DNA of 64,000 nt from Lama guanicoe (GCA_013239625.1 MU053561.1:994826-1058825); one strand, 5' to 3'; counted from the first letter of the stretch, positions 25,816-40,190 are shown. The notes: generated from the letters alone by a model not told the origin. A program made the numbers and translations.

Positions 25816-26606
25816 TATGTATTTATTTATTTTTTATTGAAGTATAGTTTATTTACAATGTTGTGTTAGTTTCTGGTGTATAGATAGTGATTCAGTTATA
25901 CATATATATATATTCTTTCATTATAGGTTATTACAAGATATTGAATATAGTTCCTTGTGCTACACAGCAGAACCTTGTTGTTTATCTGTTTTATATATAG
26001 TACTTTGCAGGTGCTAATTCCAAACTCCTAATTTATCCCTCCTCCTCCACTTTCCCCTTGGGTAACAGTAAGTTTGTTTTCTATGCCAGTGAGTCTCTCT
26101 GTGCTTTGTAAATGAATTCATTTGTATCATTTTTTTTTAAGATTCCACATATAAGTGATATCATATGATACTTATCTTTCACTGTCTGACTAACTTCACT
26201 TAGTATGATGATCTCTAGGTCCATCCATCTTGCTACAAATGGCATTATTTCATTATTTTTTATGGCTGAGTAGTATTGCATTATATTTATATGTATCACA
26301 ACTTCTTTATCCAGTCATCTGTTGATGAACATTTAGGTTGCTTCTATGTTTTGGCTGTTGTAAATAGTGCTGCCATGAACATTGGGGTGCATGTATATTT
26401 TTGAACTAGAGTTTTCTCTGGATATATGCCCAGGAGTGGGATTGCTGCATCAAATGGTAAGTCTGTTTTCAGTTTTTTAAGGAATGTCTATACTATTTTT
26501 CATAGTGGCTGCATCTAACTACATTCCCACCAACAGCGTAGGAGGGTTCCGTTTTTTTCCCACACCCTCTCCAGCATTTATCATTTGTGGACTTTTTAAA
26601 GATGGC
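25780..26606 (-). mobile_element. 5'-truncated LINE-1 3' end (about 830 bp) with (TTTA)n tail
   Basis: ORF 26081..26299(-) is the L1 ORF2 C-terminus (YYSAIKNNEIMPF..WMDLEIIILSEVSQ). Perfect 14-bp TSD cccagttaatttta at 25766-25779 and 26607-26620. Confidence 0.93.
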
Positions 26607-26764
26607 CCCAGTTAATTTTAGAGTGTTTATTTAGAATGAATCCATATCTGCTGAAATAATGTCTACCTTTGTAGGGGAAAGGAAAATATTCACCAAAATT
26701 CATTAAAATTTTCAAGTAGGGAAGAGAATTGTTGACTTTCTTGGGTGTGAAGGTCAGTAAGCCT

Positions 26765-26868
26765 GGAAGGAAAGAAGGAAGGAAGGAACGAAAGGAAAGG
26801 AAGGAAGGAAAAATAAGGGAGAAAGAAAGAAACAGAGATAGAGAGAAAGAAAAGAAAGAAAACTGAAA
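26765..26868. repeat. Purine-rich (GGAA/GA)n low-complexity tract
   Basis: ggaaggaaagaaggaagg...gagagaaagaaaagaaagaaaa. Confidence 0.85.
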
Positions 26869-27147
26869 CAACCCTGTGTGTTAAACGATCGTGCTGGGTT
26901 AGGAAGACGTTGGTTTCAGGTAATTCCCATACGTGTAACATGGCCTTTCTCATGTATCATCCATTCCCATCTGAAATCTTGTGTGAACTGTGAAATAATG
27001 AAACTGAATTTTAAAATGTGTTTTTATAATTAGAATCAGTGGCTTTGATGAATTTTGTTAGAAAATCCACTTTTAAAGAGAATAATCTCAGCTGTCCATA
27101 GGCCAGAAATCCGTCCCTGATAATATGGGGAAAATGTTAGCATTGGG

Positions 27148-27220
27148 TCTCTCTCTCTCTCTCTCTGTATATATACACACACGTATACACACACATATGT
27201 ATACACACACACACGTATAT
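27148..27220. repeat. Compound (CT)n-(TA/CA)n microsatellite
   Basis: Directly visible. Confidence 0.9.
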
Positions 27221-27221
27221 G

Positions 27222-27407
27222 TTTTTTTATTGAAGTATAGTCAGTTTACAATGTTGCATCAGTTTCTGGTGTACAGCACTATGCTTCAGTCATACATATA
27301 CATACGTAAATTCGTTTTCATATTCTTTTGCATTATATGTTACTACAAGGTATTGAATATAGTTCCCTGTACTATACAATAGAAACTGTCTTTTTTATAT
27401 ACAGTAG
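27222..27407 (-). mobile_element. Short LINE-1 3' end fragment
   Basis: ttttattgaagtatagtcagtttacaatgttg...gaatatagttccctgtactatac, similar to the element at 25780. Confidence 0.85.
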
Positions 27408-30400
27408 CTCTCTCTATATATTTTTAATGAAATGCCCCCCTTTCCTCCAGCTTTCTTTTGTGGCTGCTTTCTCTGTTTCACACTGCTCTAAGAGGGCTGC
27501 GCTGAGCATAGATCTAAATATGGCATATACCATTGCTTCAAGTGCTAAGAGCCTTTTCCTGGTGGTTTCCTGCTCTTGGGTGTTGAGACAGCAGAATTTC
27601 AAGTAAAAGAAGTCCTTGATGTCTGTCTTTTGTGGGGTCTGGTGCAGGTTCTTAGGCAATGAAAAGGTCCTTGTCAGCTTTCCTGGAGCCCAAGAGTAGC
27701 TCTGATTCTGTTTGCTGGGCCTTGAGGGTTGGGCTCCTTAGCAAGTTCAGACATACTTCCTGTGGGTGTCCATTCTGGGCATCTGTGGGTGTTCAAGGCT
27801 GTGTTAGGACAGACCTCCCCGGAGACAGAGGGATTAAACACCTGGAACAATGGTTGGCTCCAGGGTTGTAAAAAGTCTTATAAAAAGAGTGGACCCACGC
27901 CTGTTGCCTCACAGTGAGGGTCCTGTGTGAGGAGAAAACTCACACTTCAGATAATTGAGAATTGAAAGTCTTGGATTCAGTCTGAAGGCATGGTTGATTT
28001 TAAGCACAGAAAATCATTTAAAAAACTCACACTTCTTGTTTAGAGTTGTGTCTTCCACCCCAGCCCGACATTCCTGCGAGCTGGAGGCACTGCTAGAGTC
28101 ACATTCAGGCTTCTATCACCGATGGGGACAGGGACCTCTCACATTTGCAGCAGCAGGGATGGTACAGGGAAGGGAGACAACCTTGCGGGGGCTCTAGGTC
28201 TGGAGAAAGAGCGAGGCCCGTGCAGGGAAAGGGGCACAGACGTCGGGTTGGTGACCTTTGGAGTGTGTGGTACAGGTTGGCAGGGATGGGAGCAGGAAGC
28301 AATTTTGGCTCAGGTTGTTGGTGACCTTCAGGGTTCAGCACAGGGGATCGGGAACGATGAGATGTTGCAACCAAGGCTGCGAGGCAGAGCAGAAAATGGC
28401 ACCTGTGCTGCAGCAGGTGAGCTCTGATGACTGCCAAGGAGAGCACTGGAGCCATTTGGAGACCCTGCCAGCCAGAAGGGGAGGACCAGGGCTTTGGATT
28501 CCACAGACCTCCTGCCCCAGGCTCTCGGCCAGTGACTGTTGTTATTGTTACCCAACTTGCCCTCCCCCCCCACCAGTGGCCCTTCTCCAGCTGGGAGAAG
28601 CGGCAGGGGCTCAGGGTTTCTTATTCCTTAGCTGAGAGACATCCTGCTTCTTATTCTGGTGAATTTCACGTTAGCAGTTGCCTGTGTGTGTGATTCCGCA
28701 GAACTCAGTGTAGGACTCTGCTAAGAACCGGGACCACCAAGCCAGTTGGGAGCAGTGTCTCTCCTTTTGGGAGATAAATGTCTTTCTCCTTGTTTGTTAT
28801 CCTTCTGACAGCCGGAATTTGGACTCTTCTAGCCTTTGAGTAAGGAGAACCTTTGCTGTCAAGGAAATTATTCCAAACTAGGTGTTTTATGACATTACCA
28901 ATGAAGTTTATTTCTACTTATTTGTTTTCTGGGGAATTCTGCTCTTCCTGCATATAGCTGGGTGGTATCTGAGTTGTGTAATGATTCTGTCTGTTCTTGA
29001 GTTTAAATTTGTTGCAGTATGAGAATTGCTCATGTGTGCTGCTTTTGAGGGGCATAAACGTCAGTGCCTGTTCAGAGCGCCACAGTGGCGTGCTGGGCCG
29101 TCCTGTTTTCACTGTCTCATTGAGCAGAGAACCAAGGTCACGTGCCGATGTTGAGACCAACCCACCTGTTCCTCCAGTGAGAACCACGAAACACATTGTG
29201 CTTTTGTACCAGCAAGCTTTGAGTAGCTGAAGCTGTCTTTTTCTTATTTTTCTTGGTAACGGTGTTTGAGCTTTGTCTGGTATTCTGTTGAAAGCTTACC
29301 TACTGTAGAATGGTGAGGGCTGGCCCCCTGGTTATCAAGGCATAAATGTCAGATATTCATTTGAAGAAATGAAACAGTAACAGCAAAACCACATCACAAG
29401 TCACACAGCTCAGGCCGGTGCCACTTAAATAGGCTTCTCTGGAAGGGCCTCAGCTCGGCCCTAAATTTGAAGTTTGCTCTAAGGGAAGGTACGTATATAT
29501 TTTCTTCTGCTGCTATTAACAGTTACATCCGTGGTCCAACGTGGTCCTCATTTAAACTCTCCTTATGGCCAAAAATGAGACCACATTTGGGGAGCTTCTG
29601 CCCCAAGGATGCATGAAGAGAGAGGTACTGTTTATGCCACTAGAGCTTGGTTCTGCGTTAATCAGCTTTGTCTTGGGTTCTTCTTCCTTAATCCCCATGT
29701 GTTCCCTCCCAGTGGAGAACGAGTCAGACATGGTCCTGCCCTGATGAAGCCTCAGACCTCAGATCAGCAGAGGAATCCCTCCTCCACAAGCCATGTGTGC
29801 CCCAACCCCCAGGGCTGTGGGGTGGTTCCCATGGAGGGGTATTTTCTGTTTCTGTCCCTAAGACCAGTCCATCCTTTACACATTTTTTGAAATCATGGCA
29901 CTTCTTTCTTCACCCTCCCTAGTCACTCCTCCCAGTTGTGCCTTGGGGCCAGAATGTATCAAATCAAAAGTAAAGTATTTATTGTGTGCTTAGGCTTAGG
30001 GGTGGGTTTTCCAGCAAGATATTAAGGATATCTCTACTATTTTTATATTTTAAATGCAAATGTATTTCAAGGACCACAGAATGGAATACTTGAAATGAGG
30101 GCTGTTTTAGAGAATCTAGGTTTTTGTTTGCTACAACTATAGGACATATAAAAGGAATTTAAGGGCATTCTTAACTTGAGATCGTTGAGAGATTTTATGA
30201 AATTCACTGAGTGACCTGGAGACAGCTTGAATGGTGGATCACGATTTCAAAGCATCTGTGTTTTCTTCCCATCTGCTCACAGTTCTCTGAGTCCTGGTGA
30301 TCTGGGCCACCTTGAGCCACTGTGCTGACCGAGGGGCAGAAAAGGGAGCAGCTGCTTCTGCTGCCCTCGGACTCAAAGGCCTCGGCTAAGGGCCTCTCTG

Positions 30401-32409
30401 TCAGCTCCCTGCCAAGGCCTTTGGCTTTCTGGAATGACTTGATCACACACTGGTGTCTCAAGCAAGGCTGGGTGCTCCCCAGCTGGAGCCCTGAAAATGC
30501 TTGCGTGGCATCCCTAGAGAAGGAAACTAACTTGAAAGAAACTCCCACAAAGTAAATCACCAGGACTGGATGGTTTTCGTCCAAGAGTTGGGGAAGGAAA
30601 TGAAGTGTGAAATAGCACAGATTCTGATGAAGACATTAGTTCTCCATTAAAACCACAACTGTGTCAGAGCAGAGGAAGTTTGCTAACACGATGACTGTAT
30701 TGCTAAAGGAGATAGATTAGTGGCCTAGCTGCTGCCTCTGGAAAACCTAGGCTACTTGGAAAGAATGACACAAAGTATGAACAGTGATACAATAGCCTTT
30801 ATTCCCTCAAAGCAGGAAAGAGGAGCAGATTGCAATTCAAGCACGGCACCATTTCAGGAGAAACTTTGGAAAGAATATGTAACATGTAGGCTGCTACCTG
30901 CTACTCCTGTGCCCATGGCAGACATCACTAATCGATCTGGCACTCTACTCTCCAAGCTTGCATTGGGGCTCATACTCCTCAATTCTGTGATCTCAACTGC
31001 CTCCATCAAATGATCAGAGTTGCCACATTTGTCAAAATTCATTTGTCCTCTTTGCCTGTGAGGAGGTATTTTATCATAGACCACACTGGCTCATCATTAA
31101 ATTGTAAATAATGAAAAGAGGAAAGTCTGTCACAGGTAGTTTAGTTTAGGAGCTGACAAGAAACGTGTCACATTCATTCTTTGAAAGACTGAGTTAGCAG
31201 AACATCAACTTGCAGGAATAAACAGATTCATGAGAATGGAATCCAGATGGGTGTAATCCCAACCCAAACCATGGTAGGGTCTTTCAGGAGGAAAGGGATG
31301 GCAGTTCTTCTGAATGACAGGCAGCATGCTTCAGAAGGTCCTTTTAAGAAATGAGAATCAAGGAAGCATCCTTCATTACGCATTTCCTTGCTGAGTATGA
31401 AGAAAGTCGTAAACGTTGTTGAGTCCTGCCACAGCAGTGACTCTGTGAGGGCAAAGAAGTTAGGAAAAAAAGATACAGGAATGTCGGACCCTGGAGAAGC
31501 TGAGTAACTACCAAAAACCTGAGGTTTCACTGGGACTGGCCTTTATTCATATGAAGGGAGCAGAGGGCCAGCTCTGCTGCAGGTCTGGGAAGTCCATGGC
31601 CTTTGCACAAAACATTTTGCCATTGGATTGAACAAAATCTCCTGTCTCTGGTAATGATTAAAGCAGCTTGGCTGTGATAACGATCCTACAGCCCAGTGAC
31701 CTCCATATGACGGGGATGTGATAAATCAGATCTCCTGAATCAACTACAATATGATTATTTAAAGAAGGGCTCTGCCCACCTCATTCTGGGCTGTGCTGTT
31801 TCGCTTGATCAGTGAAAAGATGCTACATACTTTGGTTAACAGAGAATCAGAATATAGTAAAATGTACTTAGCATGGGAGGGACCCCACTTGTATTGTGAC
31901 TCATTGATAATTCAGGATCTTGTCCTACCATAGGGTGGTCACTGGGGAGATGGCAGGTGCTGTGATTCAGAGGTCATGGCAGCAGGGATGTGACGGGGTT
32001 TATTAGTCAGCAGACCTGGGTGCTAGTTCCCACTCCATCACAAGGTACCCTGTGACTTTGGTCACATCTAATGGAATCATGGGTCATGGAGCAAGATGCC
32101 AGGGAGGTCATCGTGTCTAGATCTTTGCCTCACAGGAACCTGGGATCATCATTTCCACTTCGAAGACAAGGTAGTAATTGCTCAGTAAGAGAAAATTAAG
32201 GGTATGCAACACGGGGAAGGTGTAGATGAGTGAAAGGAGAGGATCAAGGCTCCCTGCATTCAGGTCTTCTTACATCACCGCTTTGCTTCTGACTCTCAGT
32301 TTCCTACCATTAATGGGCTCTAAAAATAAGTGCAGATTTCACACGGTGCTGAGTGATTTAAATGATTAATTAAATGATTAAATGTAGCACTGATCACTGA
32401 CACTTCCAA

Positions 32410-32605
32410 GTCACGTTATAGTTGACACCGTGCTTTCATCTGCATTCTCTTACCCTGCTGAGACTCCCTGAGTTGGGTAAGCAGTAGGATTCCTTATCGA
32501 CTTTCCATGGCAGGGTTAAATGGCTTCCTCGAGGTCACATCAAAGTCAGAACCAGGGCTCAAACTCCTGCCTCCTAATTCCAAATCCAGGGTTCCTTTCA
32601 CCATA
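32410..32605 (-). mobile_element. MIR relic
   Basis: ggttaaatggcttcctcgaggtcaca...agaaccagggctcaaactc...tccaaatccaggg, a reverse MIR core. Confidence 0.6.
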
Positions 32606-35600
32606 GGATGATAGATCATGGCGAGCTTACTCTATTTATCATTCGCTTTAATGACAGCAGAGTCTTCAGCGTCACAATGTGGTAAAAATAGACCGCGAGG
32701 GCAGGGAGGTTCTCAGTAGCAAACAAACTGAGCTCACCAAAATGTTCTCGCGGGCAGGCTCGGTTGCAGTGGCCTTTAGGAAAGCCTTGGCAGCCCTACT
32801 GTGGGCAGCGTCACTGACTCCCCGTGTCCAGCTTTCCCTGAGGAGCTGCCTCTTGGCTGCAGTGCCAGACACAGGCACTGCCCTAGAGGACACAGGGCCA
32901 GGGTGGGCGACGGGGAGCGGGAGGAGGATTTCTTCTGAGGTGTCGGGACCAGGGACTGAGAGCACATCCCTGGTGCAGGGACAGGACTGTGTGTCCCACG
33001 AGAGCAAGCCTACTTGGTTTTGGCACACACAAGGAGAAACAGCCTGCTGAGCCCAGGTTCGTGCACCACTGAGGTTTTTCTGAGAAGCAAGGGGAGGGAA
33101 GGTGAGAGGGTGTGAAAGAATACAAACAGCACAGCCAGAGGAAAAGCCTCATTATTCATGTAAAGATCATTTATAATCTCCCTACTTCCCAAAGTGATTT
33201 GATATGGATTACAGTAAAAAAAAAATCAAACATGCATATATAGGTGGTTAAAATAAAGAGAAATGGGAAATAAGGAACCATACAAAGACAGTGGGGGTGG
33301 TCCCATGTGACCATTTAACGCTCATAGAAAACACAACCACTTTGGCTTCATAAGGGAGACAATATATTTTTATTAGGATGCACTGCTCATGTTCTGCTTC
33401 GTATTCTTTTGAATATTTCTCCCATTGGAAATACGCAGCTCAGGTAAAGTGCTTTATTTTATAGCAGAAGAGAGCTCGGAAAATGGACAGTTTTGCCACT
33501 TGAAGAAATTCCATCAAACCCGTGGTCCTTGTCCTTTTAAAGTCATAGACTCCTTTGAGAATTCCACGAATACTGTACATCCTCTTCCCAGAAGGATGCA
33601 AGCTCCTACAAATATAACTTACAACTTTAGATCACTTATAAACCCCCAAAGCCCATCCATAGATTTTAAGTTAATCGTCTTCATTTGAAAAGTTAGAAAT
33701 TAACATTTAATGGAATAAATTTTCCTTTGTAAAAAGATTCACTGCATGCAATTGAGATGATTGTAGTTAAAATGTATGTATAGCCAGGGTCACATAAAAT
33801 ATTCTGACTTCTGTGAAATTCCCTAGCCTGTGACATTTGTGTTTTGCATACGTAGTCATTGCACATTCATTTATAATTTAACTTAGGCTTTTATTCGTTC
33901 TTTTAAAGATGCTTTAGAGTGTGCATTCCATTGTAGTTTATATATGATCATGTGTAATATTGGGAATAATAAGGAAAGTCTGCCTTCACTGTAAATCAAT
34001 TTTGATTATGTGTAGAATCAGGTTTACAAAGCAATGCTTTAATATATACAACAGCCCATACACCATCAATGAGATCTCATCCTCCAGACTTGTGAATTCT
34101 TGGAAAAAATGACTTCCACATGTTCCTAAAACTACTTGAGATTTTTGACTGGTTGGTGGTCTATTGATTCTAAATATCTGACCTGTCAAAACGCCATCTT
34201 TAAACTGCAGTGATGCATAGAGACTTGGAATTAGCCAGGGCTGAATTTATTACAGAACAAAGGGAGGTGATGATTAACACACCCATCTGAGCAGTAGGGG
34301 GGAAAAATAATCCTTGAATGGATTAGATGCCATGATCCTAAAACCACATTCTCTGAGTTTTGGGTCCTTGCCCAGAAATGGGGAGAGGCCAAACACTGAT
34401 GCCTTTTAAATGACAGGGTATCTCCACGGGACTCTGGTCAGGGACACTGGGGCAGAGAGTTGAGGGTCAATTAGGAAAAAGCTTTTCTTTCTCCCATGTT
34501 CTAGCAGGGTTGAGGACCTAGACCCACTCTGTGTGCCATAACCTTCAAAACTGACCACCCACTCAATTAGTGTTATACAATTTATCAGTCTGCCTGCCTG
34601 GTGGAGATTATATTAAAGTGTAAATAAACTAGATTTTTTTTTAACCACTAACCAGGAATCACTAACACAAATTTTTTGAACTTCAGTAAGCTACTTTCTG
34701 GACAGGCATAGAGCCTACCAAGAAGATGAAGTGAATTATTATGTGCTGTCCCGAGAAGCCGAGCCATAGGTGGGCTCTCGCTATTTACTGGCAATATCTG
34801 GTAGATTCTGAGAACTCCCAGGATGTAATTCCAGGGAAATTTACCTTTGTAAGAATAGTCTACGAAGACAGCTCCAAGCCCATTTTCTGACTGATTTCTC
34901 TTTTTTCCTGTGTCGTGTCTTGCAAGCTTTATAAACAGTATGGATTAAAAACTAGCATTCTATAACAGTATTGATGGCGATCAACTCTCTAAAGAGAGGT
35001 CTCCAACAGATGGGTACCCTCATGAGAAGGAAATGGACCATTAGGAAAGTCACAGTGACCCCCATTCCCTGGGAGGAGGAGCACTTTAATCACAAGCCCA
35101 GGTGCTCAGGAAATCTCCTGTCACTCTGAGATGGGTCAGGACATGGTGCCGTGTCCAAAGCTTCTAAATACAGTTCAGGCTGGGTCATCATGACAGATGC
35201 CGAACTGGCACCACTGTGGGGATTGAAGTGGGAACTCTGACAGTGCTTAAATGCCACGGCCCCTGGGCTCCAAGTCTTCCTGTGCTGGGACAGGGAGAGG
35301 CAGTGCAGAGCCTTATGGGGAGGAGGGTAGGAGCAACTTTGGCCAGGAAATCCTGCTGCCTCGGCGACACCACCACTCCTTCAGAAGGCGACAGACACCC
35401 AACAACACACCATCTATTTTAGAAGCTGTCACTTTCTGAATTGCTGACACACTTGGAGGACGCTGTTTCTTCAAAGGTCATTCTGACCCATCAAGGTAGG
35501 TAGGCCTGGGGAAAAACAGAGGCATGCGATAGTCAAGGTGTTGGTTGAGGGATGAATGGAATGAAGTGATGTTGTCATGACGACTCAAGGAGTCAAGAAT

Positions 35601-37194
35601 GGAGGTAGGAATAACATGTTGACTTTGGGGTTCCCAAATCAGCCTTTACATAGAAGACGGTATTAGGCTATACTTTCCCTTGCTCTTCTTGGCTATCAGC
35701 AAAAATCCACCAGATCAGATTCCTTTGACAACTCAGTCTCCTCTGTGGAGGGCTTTAGAGGAAAAAAAGAAGGCAGGAGAGACTTGGGAGGTGGGCTTTT
35801 CCTGGCGGCGTCTGGGGACTTGGGATGTAAGAGTGGGATTCTAAGTTTTGCAAGCAACTCAAGCAGGGGTTGGTGAGTTGATAATATAAAGACACTGCTA
35901 TGAACACAGTTAACCCAGGGTGTTTGTTTCACTCTTAATATTTACCCCTTGCCCCTTAAGTGGAATTGTTTCTGTTGTTAAAGTGTTTGATTTTAGGGTT
36001 TCTGATGGAGGTGTGGGATGATGGACGAGTCGAAGCTTTGGGGTAAGAGAGACTCGGGTCCTTTTCTTCTCTCCGATGCTTCTGGGTGAGTGGCCCTGGA
36101 CACACTCCCTTGGCTAAATCTCAAGTTATCTCGCCTGTCAGATAGGTTCTAATGCACAACCCTCAGGTCCCACCTTCATGCTGTGTGGGAGACCCCCCTA
36201 GGCACTAGATCTTTTCTGCCTCCTAGTGTGTATTTTTCTTAGCCTCAGTCGGAGGGTGAGTGTTCTTGACAAGGCTGTCCATTTGGTGTGAGGGGACACT
36301 GCAGCCTCCCAGATCTTTTCTGTCCCTCCTGCCTCTTGGAGCAGTGTCCTCGGGCTGCTTCTTCAGCCAAAGTTGATCTCTCTGCTTCTCTGTTCCAGGC
36401 TAGAATTTGCTTCCCTGGTCCCATCTCCTTACTGAAGATACGACATACATCTTTTCTCATTGGTCTGCCGCGTTTTCTCTGCTTGCAGATTCTAGTCATT
36501 TTCCTTCTTAACTAATGCAGAAGCCATTGTGAATTTGGAGAGCATCACTTAAGTAGACCTTGACAAAAACAGGCTTTCTTTGCTAGCATTTTCACTATTT
36601 CTCTGCTTTCCCTCCTTCTGCCTTTCCATCATTTCTCCTTCTAACACATTCAACTCTGAGAGCTTTTGCTCCTAACCCCAAATTATCTTCTTCTCTATGT
36701 GATCTTTTCCTATCCTCCATTAAAAACTTTTTCGTTAGGATTTGCCTTTCTCCTTTTGGAAAAAAAACAAACCTTCTTTCTCTCTCTCAGGTATGGACAG
36801 GAAAGTGATTGGGAAAAGCTGCAACCGTGACCACCTCCCTTTCCAAATTATGGAAGGAACTTATGTTTAATATACTCCTACTCTGTGCCAGGGGCTTTAC
36901 TGAGCACCTTTGGCATATCTGTTTCAGATGAGGAAATTGGCTTAGGCAGGTGAAATCACTTGCCCAAAGTCATACAGCTGGCTCTGCATGATTCTAAAGG
37001 ACCATCCTCTTGCCCTTTCCTGGAAGCTTCTCTGGAAACTCCACTTCACTGCAGGCAGCAGAGACGCTAGCTGTGTTGGGGGTCTGGAGAGTGTGCAGGA
37101 GTCTGGAGGCTGCAGCAGCTGTATGTGCAGGAGCCATTCTGTTTCTGAAGGAAAGGTCATCTCTGCATCTGCCCCCCCTCCCCAAACACACACA

Positions 37195-37265
37195 CATCAC
37201 CACCATCATCATCACCACCGTCATCACCATCATCATCATCATCATCATCATCATCATTATCATCA
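37195..37265. repeat. (CAT/CAC)n trinucleotide microsatellite
   Basis: About 23 units of cat/cac with cgt and tat interruptions, preceded by a short (CA)n. Confidence 0.95.
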
Positions 37266-38069
37266 GTTCCTGCAATGGTAGAAGGGCTTGCTCCTTTCCT
37301 CATTTTATCCTCATAATCCCAGGCACCTTTTCTTCTTGGGCTCATGTGGAAGAAAGTTAGTATCTGAGAAGAATTTTCTAGATGATTGGCTGTGACTGCT
37401 ATTCATGGAAGTGATTGCATTTACTGAATTCACTTGATGTCCCTGAAAGATTCCAGGGCAGACCTTGCCAATCAGTTGTAACACAACTCACAGTCTTGGA
37501 AGAAAAGCTAGTGGAAATCCAATAGTTTAAGATTATGTGTGGAGGTGATCCTGTTGGGATTTCATTGGGAACATGGCATTCAATTAAGATACCTCATTAC
37601 TAGGGATACGTTGGTCTGCTGAAGAAGAAGATCAGAAGAAGAAAAGCATTTGAGATTCAACAAAAACAGCATTTTGCTGCGTGCATAATAGGTGCCAGAC
37701 ACTGTCCCAGGTGCTGAGGATACAAGAGGAATATCATAGATATGGTCTCAATTACTTGCTATTCTCTTAACCTGTCTCTCAGACTTGATGGCTGTGCCTC
37801 TGCCTAAAATTCCCTTTTCCTGGGAGATCCTTCTCTTCCTTTCCCCATCTCCTCCTTTTCATTTGCAGACATCTCTTCATTAGGCCCAGAAAAGACCCCT
37901 GGGCTGGAAGATGTTCTTCTCACCTGAAACTCCCACAGCATTTTGTTGATATTCCTCTTAGAAAATTAGCATTTGTATCTTCCTTTTACTGTTGATAAAG
38001 TATTTACATAAACATAGAGATACACACATTTTTAGTCATTCATAAAAAATTTCACCAAGTATGTACTAA

Positions 38070-38215
38070 TGACATTCTCATTTTGCAAATGACAAAACTA
38101 GGACTTAAAGAGGTTGAGACTTGTTCAAGATTAGACAGTTGGAAAAAGAAGAGATGAACCTTCAAACTCAATTGTTTGAATAGCAGCCCCTTAGCATGCT
38201 GTTTGCCATGCTGGA
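38070..38215 (-). mobile_element. MIR relic
   Basis: ctcattttgcaaatgacaaaactaggacttaaagaggttgagacttgttcaagat. Confidence 0.65.
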
Positions 38216-39964
38216 TCTTGACTATTCTACTTTTGTTAGATTACTGAGTATCCTATCCTGTCTCCTAAGTGATTTTGTAAGTTTCTGAGGACATAGGAAC
38301 ACATCTTATTTAATTTTATGACTATCACAATACCTAACATATTGCCAGTCCCAGGCTAGATGATCAACAAGTATTTGTTGACTAAATAAAGGATTTATTG
38401 AGTGGATGAATTCAGAAAGTTACTGGAGAGGTTGTCATATAGTTGCCAGCCACATAGCTCTTCTGTTCATTCAACAGGATGGATCTTTATGTTTGGCTTG
38501 ATAGGTTGGGTGGATTCTAAACTCAGTGTAGCTGGTAGTCTCCTGAGTATCGTTTGAAGGGTCTTGCATGTTCCTGGCTATATCTGAATGTCTATCCTAC
38601 TTACACATTTGATATTGCCACTTCCAAGGGCACCTTCCCCAGAAGTCATAGTTAAATTATACTTGTGGCTTGGATTTTGGCTGCTTCATTCTTCTCCATT
38701 TGCATATTCGCATGGATTGATTGATTTATTGGTGCTCAGTGAAAATGTCCTAACAAGGTATAAGGCAAGTTCTTCAAGGACCCTTGGGGGAAGGCCTCCT
38801 TTTCACATCATGGAAGTTAAAAGACCACTATGGCAGATGTCTGATGGTGTTGTGGTAGTGGCCAAGGTGGTTGTGGGAGGTTGGAAGTAATTGTGTTTGC
38901 AAAGAGCGAACAAGCACTGGCTTAGAGATAAGCTTTGTCCATTCACCCAGAAGAAAATGCCAAGAGCCTCAGGGAGGGCCCTACGTTGACAGCTGCTGGC
39001 CTCAAATTGACCAGTGAATCTTGAAGACCACTCAGTTAATCAGGGTCGAATTTTGGAGGACCTCTGGTCCAAAGGGTATTTAGATTTGAATATTGCCATG
39101 TGGCTTGTGACCAATTTTTGATTATTCTATTTCTCCATTTTCTGTGTTTTTCATGAAGAGTATTTTCTGAACCAAAAGTTGGTCTCAAGACTTTTAATTT
39201 TAAGAGAATGGAATAAAATATGTGAAATTAGGACTGTTCTAGAAAATCCAAGACCCATATTTATTCTTACTTTTTCTTTGTCTTCCTGATTAACTCGATC
39301 ATTGACACATAATCTTATATGTTAATTTAGTAGTTTACTGTTTATAAAGTGCTTTCCCTATATAATTATCAGATGATTTCTCCTCAAGTATAGATATACA
39401 TTTAACACCATCAAAAACTTTCGTGCCGTAAACTCTGACTTAAATTAAGCCTAAATAAACCAGATTATGCGCAAGTAGGAACTACCTCAGCTGCCTTTTC
39501 TTGTCTTTCAATGCTGTCATTACACATTTCTCAAAGTCCAAACATCTTCCAAGTACCTTCTAATGTTATTTTGTTGATATTCTGGGCTAAAGCAGAAGAG
39601 TGATTTGACACTGACAGTGAAATTAAGTCATCTGTCTGTCACATTTGGATGTTTTACTCCTGGTGGGGACTGGGAACAGGAAGTGAAATACAACAAAAGA
39701 GGGCCTTTTACGCTGGTAAGAACTTCTTGCATAATATTAAATTGGTGAAGAGGCCTAAAATATTCCTGAACGTAAAGCCCCCTCTCCTGAGAAAGGAAAA
39801 TTCCCATCTGACCTTGGTTTGCATTTTCTCTTCTCCCCAAAGGACTGAGAATGTTTCAGTTTCCATAGAGCTGTCTGTAACCGGGAAGCCTGAACTTTAG
39901 CTCTGTTTCTGAGTTCACAGTGGTACACACACAACCCTGCGGGTCTAGTTATGAAAACTGGGCA

Positions 39965-40190
39965 ACAGTTTATAGTGGAAAGAGCATCACCTTCTAGTGT
40001 CAGATTAACTCACATCCCACCCTGACACCTCCTAGTTACATACTGTGAAGAAAACTTCTTAATCTCGCCCAGCTTCAGTTTCTTCCTTTATAAAATGGCA
40101 GCAATAGTGCCTGTTTCATACGGTTTTCTGTGCAAATTTCATGAGGCTTATATAAAAATGTACATAAACTATCTAGTGTAATGCCTGTTA
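39965..40190 (+). mobile_element. MIR relic
   Basis: atagtggaaagagca...cttaatctc...cttcagtttcttcctttataaaatggca...ctagtgtaatgcctg. Confidence 0.75.

Noticed and set aside
36942..37360. ORFs with poly-His, poly-Met, poly-Ile or poly-Asp
   Set aside because: These are translations of the (CAT)n microsatellite in different frames.
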